From: Elsinoe ampelina
Taxonomy: Eukaryota
Reading direction: 5' to 3'
Length of the DNA stretch: 37,702 nucleotides
Assembly: GCA_010093995.1 (NCBI GenBank)
Contig: ML992502.1
Coordinates: 697,717 to 735,418, forward strand
The number at the start of each line of letters is the position of its first letter. Positions within the stretch are counted from its first letter, which is position 1. A program made the translations under genes and the position numbers. Below, in pieces: positions 11,001 to 24,913 of the stretch. The notes beneath the pieces were generated by a model, which searched no databases, had not been told where the DNA came from, and saw nothing but the letters and a program-made list of their open reading frames with translations.

Positions 11001-12820
11001 CTGTGACATTCTTCGCATATTCGGCGGCGGAAGACAGTATCCACTTTCATGGTTGAGCAGAGATGCTCTTTGCCACAGAGCATGCACGAATGCATATGAA
11101 GTGCCGTTTGAGAACATCCTAGAAGGCTGGTTCTTGCAAATTCGACAGTGGTGGAACCCGATTTTATCCGGTCCGCTGCTCGGTTTGCTGCTTGCCATGC
11201 TGCAATGAGGTCACAATTCCCCGCGGCCTGGGTTGCCGCAAGGCGATCCAGAGCAGCTTGGTACACAAAGGCTGCCAGTACTGTGTTATTCGAAGACACA
11301 TAAGTCTGCAACCATCCACTGAGACCCGCTAGATTCGGAGATTCAAGAAGATCCAGCATAGCTGGACTTGAGAGGACTGTTGTTCTGTCCCCTATCAGGC
11401 GAGGTAGGACAAAGAGAGACCGTCCATTCAATGAGCCCACAGAGACCAGAGGAGCGTGACCGAGAGGGGCTCTAGCGGTGTGACTTGAAGAAGCTCGAAG
11501 ACAGCGCTGTCGAATTGCAGCAATCCTTTCCCTGACCTCCCGAACAGAGCCAACCAACCCCACCATCTGGAGCTGCATGAACTTGAGAAGTTCTTCCGTG
11601 GACTTGCGCTGAGTCACAGTCCCAGGCCCACCAGAAAATTTCAGCTTGGTGTCAGCCTGTTTCTTCATTCCTGGACCTCCTGTCTCCTTGACTTTGCGAG
11701 TGACAGCCCAAGGGCTATTCGGGGCAATTATAACCTCGTTTGCGACTTTTTGCGAATCGATGGTATTCGCAACAACCTGTACGACCTCTGGAATTGTCTT
11801 CTTGTCCCTGGCTGAGATACGAGGACAGAAGGAGAAAGGTGGCCAATCGAAGTAGTCGCCGGAAGCACCTTGCTTGATCTCTGAATAAGTGGATTGCTTC
11901 CCATAGCGAAGGACTTCGCCCGCCTGGGCGTAGGAACGAATCTTGTCAAGGTCGAAGTTGATGTCCCATCGAAGTGTGGCTACGGTTTCGATAAAAGCAA
12001 TGACTGGATCGAGCCTTTTCTTGCGGAGCCATTTACCTCGCGGCACGTCATGGTGTAGACGATTGGTTGTGTCTGCCAGGAGTTGGCCAATGATTCTGAC
12101 GTCAGCTTCGTTTGGAAAAACCTCAACGGTCAGACTCCCAGCGGGAATCGTGACTCCTTTTGCGCGCTGTTTGGAACTTGAGTGATCAGTCTCATTCCAG
12201 TAAGGCGTGATCAAGGTGCCTGAATTCTGATCCCTGATCTTGACATCCCACCAACGAACGAATGTTTTGGCCCGTCCCACTGTTCCTTCCTGAATGGTAA
12301 TAGGCTCGACAAGTTCGAATGCACGATTTTGGTGCACAGTGGCTTCTGAGATGTGATGTGCTCCGAGTGTTGCAGACTTTCTGGTATCCACTGGCTGGTA
12401 ATTGAGAGTAACTCCCGGTTTGACTCTCAAGCCTTCATCGATCTTGCGTTGCGCTCTGGCCTCGTTTGTGACTTTCAGTCGATCGATGGGTCTTATACCA
12501 AACCCGCGGGGTCGAGTGCTGTGCTGCGCCGGAAAGCTGGTAGTATCCGGATGTGATGAGGCTGCCGATTGCAGCTGTCGGGCGATCCTAGGAGCACGTG
12601 TTGGGACTTGAGGGTTACTGGTGTCGGAGTCTACAGGTTCCTCAGATAACGCAGAAGAAGAATCGTCATCGCCATCCGCAGATTGTCCGAAGTCCTTGTC
12701 GCGGGTTGAGCTCTGTTCCTGTGGCGGGAAAGGAGCTGGGTCTTCAAGCTCTTCCGGTTCTTCATCTTCGTTGTAGTTGATCTCGCGCCGTACTCGCTTT
12801 GGATTTCGACGGTCCGTCAT
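8001..12820 (-). CDS. Large orphan multidomain protein (~1589 aa): acidic N-terminus, CxxC..CxxC Zn motifs, two degenerate HNH/His-Me-finger-like motifs, acidic linker, Ulp1/C48-family cysteine protease, C-terminal coiled coil. Exons 12820-8611 and 8560-8001.
   Basis: The 1411-aa and 162-aa ORFs join in frame across intron 8610-8561 (GTAGGT donor, TACTAAC branch, CAG acceptor; an alternative in-frame CAG lies at 8567). The join completes the C48 motifs WLAENMID, GTHFMAVLID, IQIWDS and QQPFGSVDCGVY (His-Asp-Gln-Cys). The HNH-like call is tentative. Confidence 0.85.
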
Positions 12821-13053
12821 CGTTCTCTGGTAGTGTAAGGCATGAAAGAACTACCAGAACGTGTCCACTACCGTGATCGCGAGATGTTGCCGCCCGTTAC
12901 CGTTATCTGGTAGTGTGACGCACGCAAGAACTACCACATCCTACCCACTGCCTTGGTTGTGAGATATTGCCGGCCTGTCACCGTTGTCTGGTAGTGTGAC
13001 GTATAGAAGAACTACCAGGTCTTGTCCACTGCCGTGATTGTGACCTGATGTTG
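12816..13053. repeat. Three tandem 80-81 bp imperfect repeats, each carrying a TCTGGTAGT-N15-ACTACCA(GA) inverted repeat, abutting the ATG of the orphan gene
   Basis: Units are anchored at cgttNtctggtagtgt at 12821, 12901 and 12982. Each continues with aagaactacca..ccact.cc..g.t.g.ga. Confidence 0.92.
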
Positions 13054-14021
13054 ATCGTGAATTCGCACGGAAATGAAAGAAGGTGACTTGCCTGGAAGCT
13101 GAGAGAAATTTCCAAGTGAATGCCCCGCGCTAGCCCGCTTCGTTCAGTTTCTGCCGCCGAGCTCGCTGCAGGTCCCCGGGCTTTGACGCACCATGACAAC
13201 AAGTCCGCCGTGCCAAGACCTGCCAACAATGCCCCGGAGTCTTTCCATCGTTCTCGTATCATCGAATGCCACATCTTGCGTCAAGGGATAGGCCGTGTTA
13301 AAGTAGGGACGATAACATGGGCCAACTACCAGAATGCCGGTGCGGAAGAATCCATGCGAGCGCGGACGAAATCGTGGTCACTCGCCGATGAAGACCTCAT
13401 TTTTGGCCGGAGCCTTTTACCAGAACCCTGTAATCTTAGATAGTACCAATTGAAGCCAGCTTTGCCTTTGCGCTATATGGCGTTGCTGTGCGTCCACGTA
13501 GTGGAAGGGGTAATGCTCCACCAGCCAGGTATGGGCTTCAGCCCCGACGATAGGATCTCAATCAACATCATACTCGTGAGGCCCCCTTCACACAAGCATT
13601 TCTGGAGTCTGGCAGAGTAGCACGGCACCGACGACGCGCACAAGACCAAAAGTTTTGCTGGCCCGTTGTGTCCAGCACTTGGGTGCCGCGGCCTGTGCAT
13701 CGATACATGCAAGAATGACCCGTGTTGCGCATGAAACGACGAAGTCCTAGCTTGCTGATTACGACAACCAAATGAATACAACCAAAAGTAGTAGATGCGG
13801 GAATGGCAAACGACGTAGCAAACGCGAGGTTGACCATTTCGGGAGATGATGTTGAGATACCTCTCTTGGCAAACTTCTGGTCTGTGCTTGGAGCGGGAAA
13901 AAAAGTTCCAGCTCCACCACCTCCGAAGACTTCGTGGATATCGCCTTCCCTTGCTCGACTCTCAGGTCAGCATCGATCCGACTCTTCTTTTCTCCGATTG
14001 TTTCTGCAGCAATTCGCGACC

Positions 14022-15491
<1,470 letters not shown>

Positions 15492-15811
15492 GGTGGACAT
15501 CGTCAAGGACGAGCATCATACAGGCAAGGCGATAGCCACATGCGTATCCGCAGCAGCCATCCACCCAGCAGGCCGCTTCGAGATTCCAACGAGCCGAGGC
15601 GAGGAAGGGGCGAAGCGGGCCTGAAGCGAAGCGCCACCATTGCGCATATAGACAGCATGATACCACAATCATCGCATCGCGAATGCGTCGCCATCGCCGA
15701 TGCATCATATGGAATGATCGAGATCAACATGTTCCAACATATTTTCTTTCCATGGCAAGTGTATATCCCGAACGCCACTGCTAAAGTGAGTCCTTCCTTC
15801 TCTCCGCGATC

Positions 15812-17068
15812 CTACTCCAAAAGCCCAGCACTGTCCAACTCCAAAGCCACCGATATCATTCTGCAAACCCAGGCGTACTCTTTCTCTATCCCATCCCTCA
15901 GACCAGCTGATAAGAATGGCCTCTTATCCCACCCATGCCTCACCCCCCTGACCACTCTCCAACTCACCCCGTCCTCCTCCACCTTCGTCACCGTCTCCCG
16001 TTCCTCCCCATCCTCATCTCCCTCTACCTCCCCTCGTCTCGTCCCCACTAGCCGCATCATCATCTCCCCTCCCTCCCGACAAAGCATATCATACTCACAC
16101 CCCACTCCCACAACCCGCATGCCCGCATAGACATCCCTCATCTCCCGCTTTCCCAGTAGGCCAGGACTGAGATACGGATTCTCTAGCCGTATGGAAGCAG
16201 ACGGGATATAGCTCTCATCAAACAACCTCGTCAGGCTATGCGGAAGATCCACAGCAGGGTTCGGGTTGGTAGCGCGGCGGACAGACCGAGACAAGGCGTA
16301 GTTCGTGGATGGATAGCAAGGGACGAGAGCTCTGATCTTGAAGCTTGGCTCTTTCGAGGGACCGGCACGACGAGGCAAAGGGGAGGGGGACTTGAGCGGG
16401 ATGTTCTCTGCCACAGTGGAGGAGAGGGAGGAGGTGGAGGCGTTGGCGTCGAGAGGGGAGATGGTGAGGGAGGTCTTGCCTTGGGGCGACGGGATGGGAG
16501 AGGATGTGGTATATAGGGGGCGAGTGATGGAGCGCAGGTGATCATGCAGGCGGATGGGGACGGAGAGGACGAGATTCCCGCCAGATGAGAAGCCGCTCAG
16601 CGTCAGCGAGAAAGGGTCAATGCCGAGTTCATCAGCGTGCTCGGCGACCCAAAGAACGGCGTCGGCGCCATCGTCTACTGCTGTCGGAAAGGGGTGCTCG
16701 GGAGCGAGACGGTAGTCGACGCTAACTACCACGCAGCCCAAGGCGTTTATGGCGTGTTGGATGAAGCGAGCGTCGTCGGTGGAGGTGCCGAGAGTGAAGC
16801 CCCCGCCGTGGTAGTTGATGATGCATTTGTACAGCTCGGGATGGCCATCTTGTCTGAAGCTTCGTCTGCGGCGTGATTCGTAGCCTGGCGGGGTATATAC
16901 TGAGACGAGAAGGTCGCCGGGGTTTGAGGAGAGGGTGCTGGGAATCAGGCGCTGGAAAGCCGGTGGTGGCGGACGCGGCGGCAGGAGCTTGTGGATGAAC
17001 ATGCCCATCGACATGAGGAAGCGCATGACACGCGCGTGTAGTTTGAGGAGCCATCTTGGTCGAGGCAT
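15812..17068 (-). CDS. Alpha/beta-hydrolase of the hormone-sensitive lipase (Abhydrolase_3) family, esterase/lipase
   Basis: HGGGF oxyanion motif, VSVDYRLAPEHPFP, nucleophile elbow GFSSGG, CEYDML (Asp) and GVRHGWD (His). The first in-frame ATG is at 17068; the track start is a TTG. Confidence 0.9.
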   Translation of the reverse strand: MPRPRWLLKLHARVMRFLMSMGMFIHKLLPPRPPPPAFQRLIPSTLSSNPGDLLVSVYTPPGYESRRRRSFRQDGHPELYKCIINYHGGGFTLGTSTDDARFIQHAINALGCVVVSVDYRLAPEHPFPTAVDDGADAVLWVAEHADELGIDPFSLTLSGFSSGGNLVLSVPIRLHDHLRSITRPLYTTSSPIPSPQGKTSLTISPLDANASTSSLSSTVAENIPLKSPSPLPRRAGPSKEPSFKIRALVPCYPSTNYALSRSVRRATNPNPAVDLPHSLTRLFDESYIPSASIRLENPYLSPGLLGKREMRDVYAGMRVVGVGCEYDMLCREGGEMMMRLVGTRRGEVEGDEDGEERETVTKVEEDGVSWRVVRGVRHGWDKRPFLSAGLRDGIEKEYAWVCRMISVALELDSAGLLE

Positions 17069-17831
17069 GATTGTCTGGTAGGATACGTGTAGCAAACGAC
17101 TGGAAGATCTGATTCTATGGACATGTCTGTACCATGTCGCCGCCTCGAAAATGACGTAGTTGAGCCGGCCGGGTGGGTCGGGAAGTTTGTGAGGTTCATC
17201 TCATCTCAAACTTGGATTCTTGGCTTTCCTTCATGCATTATACAACACTCGGTAGCATCGACGAGCTTTGTTTTCCTGGTACAGTCACCCTTCAAGTGCT
17301 GTGTGTTCACTCAGTCATCACGGCGTGCGAAGGAGGCTCTGCCAGGACCGCTGTCTCAGAGACCCTGGCTCCTCCATCTCGACTGGGGAGCAAAATTGTG
17401 CTCGCGTACGCGGAAGGTCCTCCCAGATCATTACACACACTGGATATACGCTGGAAGGTACGATGAGAGCTCGAGAAGTTCCCATCCTACCAGAAATCTC
17501 GATGTCCAACCCTCGGCAGGTTTGACCGCCGGGTGACATGGCACTTGTGATAGAATCCTCCCAGCTCGAGGTAACCTCAATGGTCGGCACTACTCCATCA
17601 GGCAGAGGTGCTGGACTGTCTTCTATCCCGGGCGTTGCCTGTCTTCTATTGCGGGCACATGATCAGTACTGGCAGAGCCACAATTGCTTAAAGAAGACCA
17701 CAGCCTCCCAACTCATCTGGTAGGCCACTGCATCGTTCGTCCAACGATCACGTGATCAGCGACGGCGACAAGCAAAAAGACTATGACCTAACTCAACTAC
17801 GACCGGTGTACCAGGGCTTCTCAACTCATTC

Positions 17832-17966
17832 CGAGGAGAACTTGATTTGAACCCGAGGCCTTTGCTCTGTGTCAGAGCTACGCTGAGAATAGGAGATATT
17901 CTTAACTCGGTCAACTGCAGGGCAGAGACTTGGTTTTCGCTACTTAACCACTGAGCTAACGCTCAC
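17832..17966 (-). pseudogene. Possible degenerate tRNA gene or Pol III A-box/B-box relic
   Basis: The minus strand has TAGCTCAGTGGTTA (A box/D loop, 17958-17945) and GGGTTCAAATC (B box/T loop, 17854-17844) about 90 nt apart. Acceptor and T stems do not pair well. Confidence 0.3.
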
Positions 17967-19047
17967 ACGTTGTTCGCTGGGGTGTGGATTGCGAATTTGA
18001 CAATATATAGTTAGTCTTAATTGAGAATGGACTTGGCGGCATGTGACAGCAAGACGAATACTGAGCTTCTACGGAATCTCATGGGATTAGAGGAACGACG
18101 AGCTTCGAGCATATGACAACAGTAAAAGGCGCTCTGATGTACACCCTGTGTTACTGTTTTCAAACCTTGCTGCTGCTGACAATTCATAACAGCTGCATCG
18201 AGATACCTGACAGGAACACGGCAAATTGTAGGTTCCTTCTACCGCCAGGCATTGCCTTTCCCAACTCTATGGTGCCGGTGTTGCAATGGCGCAGCACAAC
18301 ACCTTCTACCTGGCGTGTCTGCTCATGGAGCAGAATCGTTCGAGCCAATTGGCAATGTTCAGCTCTGCTATTGCGTGCCATCTGGATCACGCTAGAATCA
18401 CACTACAAGAATAACGAGCACGATTTATATTGACAGATTCTTCAGACACAGCTACTGCATCCGTTCCGACATCTTGTATGGACGATCCTCCTTCTATCAA
18501 GTTGCTCAACAATCACTGTACCCGCAAACCTGCCAAGATGATTCCACAGACTACTCTGGAACATCACCAGCAGGGTCCGCCATGGCGGGCAGAGCGCCAC
18601 AAGTGATAGTAGTGGCGACTATGAGCGATGCGAATGGAGGAAGAAGCTCGGTGCGATCAGGAGTGCACGCTGAAGAATAAGGGCGCCTGTAACGGCGTCC
18701 GATCGTCGGTCTCTGCAAGCTCATCGATGCCGGCCAGCATCACATATCGGTATCATTGGGAGAGCCGAGACTGGGCAGATTGATGGACTGTCTAATCGCG
18801 GTTTAAGGGTCGATATGGCGTTGCGCATACTGGTAGTTCACGATAGGATCGCCTATCAGGCCAAAAGTATCCTACGGGATATGTCCAGTAAGAAGGTTGC
18901 CTCCAACCTAGTCACATGCGCTACAATACCACAGATTGATCATGAAGGTAATGATATTCATTATCATGCAAAGGGTATCTATGCTCGATTCCTCGTCAGC
19001 CTCAACGATCTGCGCAGCTTCCTCCCATCGCCAGTGTCCGAGCAGAC

Positions 19048-22000
19048 CTACTCACTCCCATTGACGACCGGCAGCCTGGATACATCCACCTCCATGCCAT
19101 TACCCTCTTCACCCTCGCCTCCTTCTTCTTCTTGCTCCTCCTCATCCCCCATCTCCTGATCTTCGTCCTCTTCACCTTCTCCTTCCTCGCCCTCACCCTC
19201 TTCCTCCTCTCCCTCCTGCCCTTCCTCATCGGCTTCATCGCCAGCATCATCCTCGTCCGCCGCCCCGTCCAATTTCGGGAACATCGACTTCCTCGGCGTC
19301 GGGCTCTGGCCGCGCTGGACCACGTCCTCGTCCACCTCGCTCAACTCACTCTCATCATCCGCGCTCTCATGGATGCTTCCCACTGGAGTCGCCACGCTGG
19401 TCCTCCTGCGCTCGATGATAATCTGCGGCTCCCGTCTAGGGTATGCCGGCTCGGGCTCCGGTGCAGGCTGGCTGGCGAATTTAGCCACGCAGGCTTCTGC
19501 GCAGGTGCGGACTTCTCGACGGCCGACGCCCATCTTGCGTTTGACTGGGGTGGTTTCGCCGGGCGCTGCGGTGGTCGTGGGGTCTGACATGTCGTAGGAT
19601 GGTCCTGGATCGGGGACGCCGGCGATGAAGTTCCTGATGTGCATGAGTACGCGATTGTGGTCGATGGCTTTGGCGTCTTTCTCTGCCTTTGCTGTCTGGA
19701 GATGCTCGGCCCATAGCTCCTTGCCTTTGGTGTCGAAGAGGTAGGCGTAGGCGTCTCCGATAAGGTCGTCGAGCTGTTGTCCTTTGGCGAGGTTGGAGTT
19801 GACCTTCTTGAATTCGAGAGCGTCTCGTAAGACGTCCAAAGCAGGGTCCTTGGTGTCGGCGTCCTGACACCATTTCTCCAGTACGTCCTTGCGTCTCAAG
19901 AAATCGGCGTGGTCCATACCACTGAAGACCGTCGTCTCTTGACCGGGTGGAACTTTACCTGCACGGCGTAGCATCCTGGTGTAGACCACGAAAATCTCAT
20001 GCCAAAGTTCGGTGTGTCCAAGGTAGTCCCCGGACCGCTTGCGGACCCTACGGGCAAGCATTTCCATCAGATCCTTATTTCCCAGACTTTCGAGGATACC
20101 CATGAAGAAGCGTGTATACTGCGTGGTGTAGACGAAATGACGTCCAGCCCGCTCAAGATCAGGCCGCCAAACTTGCAGCACCATCGTCTTAGTGAAGAGT
20201 TGCTGAGTGAGCTCATGCTTGGCCCCGAGCGCTGCAGCGTAGTCAAATCCGTTAGACTTGTCACCGTAGACAATGCGAGCCGCTCGAGCTATGATACGGT
20301 GGTGCCAATTTGACTTGTCGGCGTTTCTCAGCTGCTTCAATACACTCAGCACATAAGTATCCCACTCTTCAATGTCATCACAGATGGGTACCTTGCGAGC
20401 ATACGGTGTAGTCTGGATAATCTCGCAGGCTTCTGAAAGCTCGAAAGCTCTTGCCGGTCGGCCATCTGGTCCTTTGCGAGTCATCAACTTGTGTACGATC
20501 GACACGATCTTGTAGTGCGGCTCGAGTATTGGCTCCTTTCGATCCCTACGCTCCTTTGGCAGCAGCTCGATTGCGCGCTGGAATGCATGTATAACAAGTG
20601 CATGACTGGGTCTTTGCTGTCCGCCTGCTTGTTCCGCAGTCGCGTTGGACAACTTCCAAAGCACCTTCCCAAGCATATAATGGAGTGACCACTGCTCGGG
20701 GTTACCGGATATCGCTCGTTGGAACAGAGTCTTTGCAAGCTTCCATGCAGTGTAGGTCGACAGCGGGCGGAAGGCAGATACTTCGATGAGTGATTGAGTA
20801 CTCAGCCATCTCTTGGCGCCTTGAACGCCGAAAGCCTGCATGCTAAAGGGCGGTCGAGATGAAGCGTACATGCGGTTCGCGAAGTCCGCGTACAGCTCTG
20901 CGACCGCAGCCGAGGACTCGAATTCAGGATCTGTAATCCGTGTCGCGAGAGCTGTTGCCATTCTGTAGCAGTGTATGACGGAGCGTTGGAGTTGCGCGAT
21001 CTCCTCTGGCTCGTTGTTCAACTTCTCAGCATGCCATGTAACGTTGTCCTCGAGCAGCGAATCGAAAGCTTGACCCAGTCGGAACCATGACTCCCACTTC
21101 TCGGAATTGTACTCCAGATCCTGTGTGAAGAATGAGATTGCTTGTTCCAAGTCTTCGGTCGGAGTCGTCGGGTTCCGCTTGGAAGAGCGGAAGCGAGTCA
21201 AGCACAGGTAGCCCATGACGAAGTACCAGCCTTTGTTGGACAACGCTGCCAACTTGTCGGGGAGGGTGGTCAGTATGATCTCGCCAGTGCCTTTCAGACA
21301 GCGGTAAAGGTCGATAGGATTGATTGGTGATTTGAAGAACTGGTTGTAGATTTCTCTGTTCCTCAAGATTTCCAGCGAGGCCTTCTTGCGAGCTACCACC
21401 GGATGTACACGCTCGAAAGGATCCTTCAATGAGTGCTTGTGGAGATCTGCCAGTTTGATTTTGGAGACTTGCATCAGCAGCAGGTCCACTGCCTGTACCG
21501 CTGCAGCTCGATCCAACGACACATCCCTAGAGCAATCATGTGGTAGAGCTTCCCAGGATGGGTTGACGAAGCAGTTGAGGTTGTACAGATCCAACAGTAC
21601 CTGTGAAAATTCAAAGTCATAGCCAGCGACATGCTTCAGAGATGGTAACTCCTTCTTGAGGAGATTCAGAAGAATCCTGTTCGATCCCTCGCAGAAGCCT
21701 CGACCGCCAACAGAAGTATGCACTGATCGGAGCATTTCCATTCGATGACGATCAAACTGCTCTTGCTCAAACACTTCAGGCAAATCTTTGGCGGCTTCCT
21801 GAAATGCGAGGTACAAAGTGATCCAAGCGCTTAGTTGAGCCTCGTTGAGCAGAGTCGTGGTCATTCGATAGGTCTTTGCCTTTGATACGTCCTTATCGAA
21901 TGGCACCGGTTTCTCACCAACCCGGACTTCATCCTGAGCAAAGTTTGCAAACTGGAGGATCTTGAGGATGGCAACCAGGGATGTCGCAGTCGACTTGATG

Positions 22001-24913
22001 CGATCGAGGTCCATGCACTCGAAGACATCCGTGGAGATCTTAGTCATATCAAGCACCTTCAACAACGACTCGTGAATCTGTTTAAGATGCATGAGTAGTG
22101 ACTGTTGTCGTTCCTCTTGATCCTCATCTTGGAACGTGGGTGCCTCGATGTCAGAGACCAGAACCTCGAGGATGCGAAAGCAGCAGACCGCAACCATGGG
22201 AATGTACTCGATGTTCTGGTACGCCAGACGAAGTCGCTGCCACAGAGCCAGAATAACCGAACTTGAGCAATTGCATAGGAATGAGATCAGCTCCCTGGAC
22301 GCTGGAAGCTGACCCTCCGCATGGGAATCCTCCGTGGTGAGGCCATCCATTTCTGTATCTCCGTTCTGGTCTTGATGGTCGCCTCGAATATCCTGAAGAC
22401 GTTTAACATGAACATGTTCCAGAATCGGTTCCAATCCTTCGATGATGGCTGCAGGATCTTCCGAGTCCGAACCAAAGACTCGGGCGAAAAAGTCAGATGT
22501 TGTTAGTTTAGCAACTTCGCGATCAATGGCCTCAAGAGAAAGTGTTGGCATGAGAGAGTTGTTTGGTAGGCTAATGACTGGTCCGGACCGGGCTGCAAAA
22601 ATGTCGCGAAGCTCTTGCAGACATGCCAGGACTTTCTCTTGATCGACCAGGTCGAGCATCTTGATCTGGACTGCTGCAGCCCAGACGTAGCGTAGATTCA
22701 GAGGATCCTCGAGACCTCCTTCTTCATCGTTTGTCATCTGTCTTAGCTTGATAGTGTCCTTGGCCAGCTCAGACCACCTGTCAGTGCGACTTTGTTGTTC
22801 ACTGAGAGCTGAGAGACGATCTGTAGGCTCGGCGTATTTGACCAGAGAGAGCATCTCGAGATGAACCTCGAAAATACCTTGGACCATTTCAGCTAATTGG
22901 CCAATACTGGGAAGCGGACTTGAAGTTGCCGTCCTGTCCGCAGCAGAAGCGAGCTCGTCGAAGAGCTGATTGACGTTGCTGAATATGTACCCATCGAAGC
23001 CGAGTAGTAATTGCCTGATGTAGCTAAGCAGCTTCTCCGGCCACAAATGTCCTGCGTAGCTCGACTGGTCGTCTCTTAATTGAGGCTGTATGAGAGTCGA
23101 TGCTGGCATGAATAGTAGTTGTATGAGTGAAAAGGCTGCTTCAGAGGCTGTGAGCGAGGTATCGTTGATTCCATCGAGGAAAGAGGCCAGTCCAGCATGA
23201 ACATCAAGCGGCGATTTCGAAGCATGCCTGGTCTGAACTTTGGTGTCCGACTGAAGGGCAGATAACAAGTGTAAGAAATTGGTCTCTGTGTCTGGGCTGT
23301 CGCTCTTAGACACGGCCAATCGAGGCATACTCTCGGGTGTTTCAGCAAGCATTTGGTACATATCAAGCCCAGCAGCGGCAATGGCGTCGGAGGTAGTGTC
23401 TGATATGTCTGAGGGACCATTCACTCGACTGGGGCGAGCTATTCCAAGCTGACCGAAAGTGCTGAGTTTCAGCTTCTTAAGGACTTCGTCGGTGGCGCCG
23501 AACGACCAGACATCATTGTACTCAGTCTCCTGGAATGGATCCTTTTTGGCTTTCTTCGCACTAAGAAGACTATCCTCTGTAGCAGGTAGACCTTCTGCCA
23601 AAGATTCTCGGGCACGTAATCTCTTGCTTTTGACTCGGCCCGTATCCGGACTATCCAATGCAGCCACATCACTAGAGCGCTTCCTGGTTGGTAGACCAGG
23701 CATTGGTGGCTCTCTCATACTTGAAGCACGAATGGCAGCGAGACTGCCCCAGGCTGGTACCGGAACGTTTGGAACGCCGCCGTCTCGGCCGGGGAAGCAT
23801 GCCTCTTGATCCTGTGCGCTTGGGAAATAGCTGACGTAGTCCAGTGAAAGTGCGTCAGGTGTCCTCTCGTCGCCTTTAGATATTGTCGCGGAGAATTTGA
23901 GTATGCCGATTGCGTGTCTTCTGGACGATGCGGAAGTCGCACTGGTGGTGGTGTCAACCAACACCTTCGCCAAATCGGTCCAGGACAAAAGCACTGCCAA
24001 TTCAAGCAGACGATCGCTGGCACTTTGTTCAACCTCGGATAGCAAAGGCTGAGTCCCGCTTAGACCTTCTAACTCGACTTCGTCATCTTGCAACATTGAA
24101 AACCGGCGACGAAGCAGATCATGTAAATGCTTTGTTTTCACATCGCTCAATGGGGCCTGAATGAGGGAGAGCGCATCATGAAGATCTTGAACGATCTTGA
24201 GCAGCTCTTGAGAAGCGAGACTCTGATCGAATCCAGCAAATGCAAGCAAGTCGTTTATTGCATCGTCTTCTCCTTCGAGGATAGCTTCCAAGCAATATCG
24301 AGCGATCCTTTTACTGCGTAAGATTAACCCCACTTTGGATGCTTGTTGCCACACTTGGTTGTCGGATTCATCCTTGTCAAGTGCGTCTACGAAATGGTCC
24401 AAAGCTGAAATTGCGGCATCTCGTACTTCTGTCCAGTTCAGGGTCCGACTCTGTGCCAGGTGTTGCCGATGCTGGTGTTTCACCAGGTCAAGAATGAATT
24501 CGCCGTAGTTCTTGTGGGCCAGATGGAGAATCTGCGGAAGCGTACTGGGTGCACTTTCTCCCGATGCTACAGCTATCACCGGGTCACCGACGACGTATTC
24601 TGTCCATTGGTCTTGCAATGTAGAAGGGCCGTAAAGTTCGATTTTGCGAAGCTCTGACAACGACTCGGGATACTTGAAGATTTCGGATTCGAATAGTTCA
24701 CGGTAGGCTGCAGCAGCTTCCGGGTATGAGTCCGCTCCATCAGAATGAAATTTGAGAGCACTTTGATAGAGCTTCAAAGCCTCCTCGATTTGTAGCTCCT
24801 TGGTGTCATCGACCTCGACATCAGATTCGTCGTCCGACTCAAGGTTGAGAGCTTTGAATGCAGACTATGTCATATAAGTATAATAACATGAGCCATAGGG
24901 TAGACCATACCAT
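19048..24913 (-). CDS. HIR3: Histone transcription regulator 3 (HIR complex subunit, Hir3/CABIN1 family), ~1939 aa. Exons 24913-24911 (ATG only) and 24864-19048.
   Basis: ATG|gtatgg..catag| gives MSAFKALNLE..DDTKELQIEEALKLYQ.ALK. TPR-like segments are present (WESWFRLGQAFD, EPHYKIVSIVHKL, DKSNWHHRIIARAA, WRPDLERAGRHFVY), with an acidic tail. Confidence 0.93.

Noticed and set aside
8001..12820. Starship captain, Spok or DDE transposase
   Set aside because: No tyrosine recombinase, kinase or DDE motifs were recognised, and no element termini were found.
12816..13053. CRISPR array
   Set aside because: Eukaryotic context, no cas genes, and whole units are homologous, so there are no unique spacers.
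17117..19159. Short ORFs in the hydrolase-HIR3 gap
   Set aside because: No recognisable motifs and mutually overlapping frames; probably chance.
19132..24761. Many antisense and alternative-frame ORFs within HIR3 (likewise in other genes)
   Set aside because: Shadow ORFs caused by codon bias and acidic low-complexity tracts.
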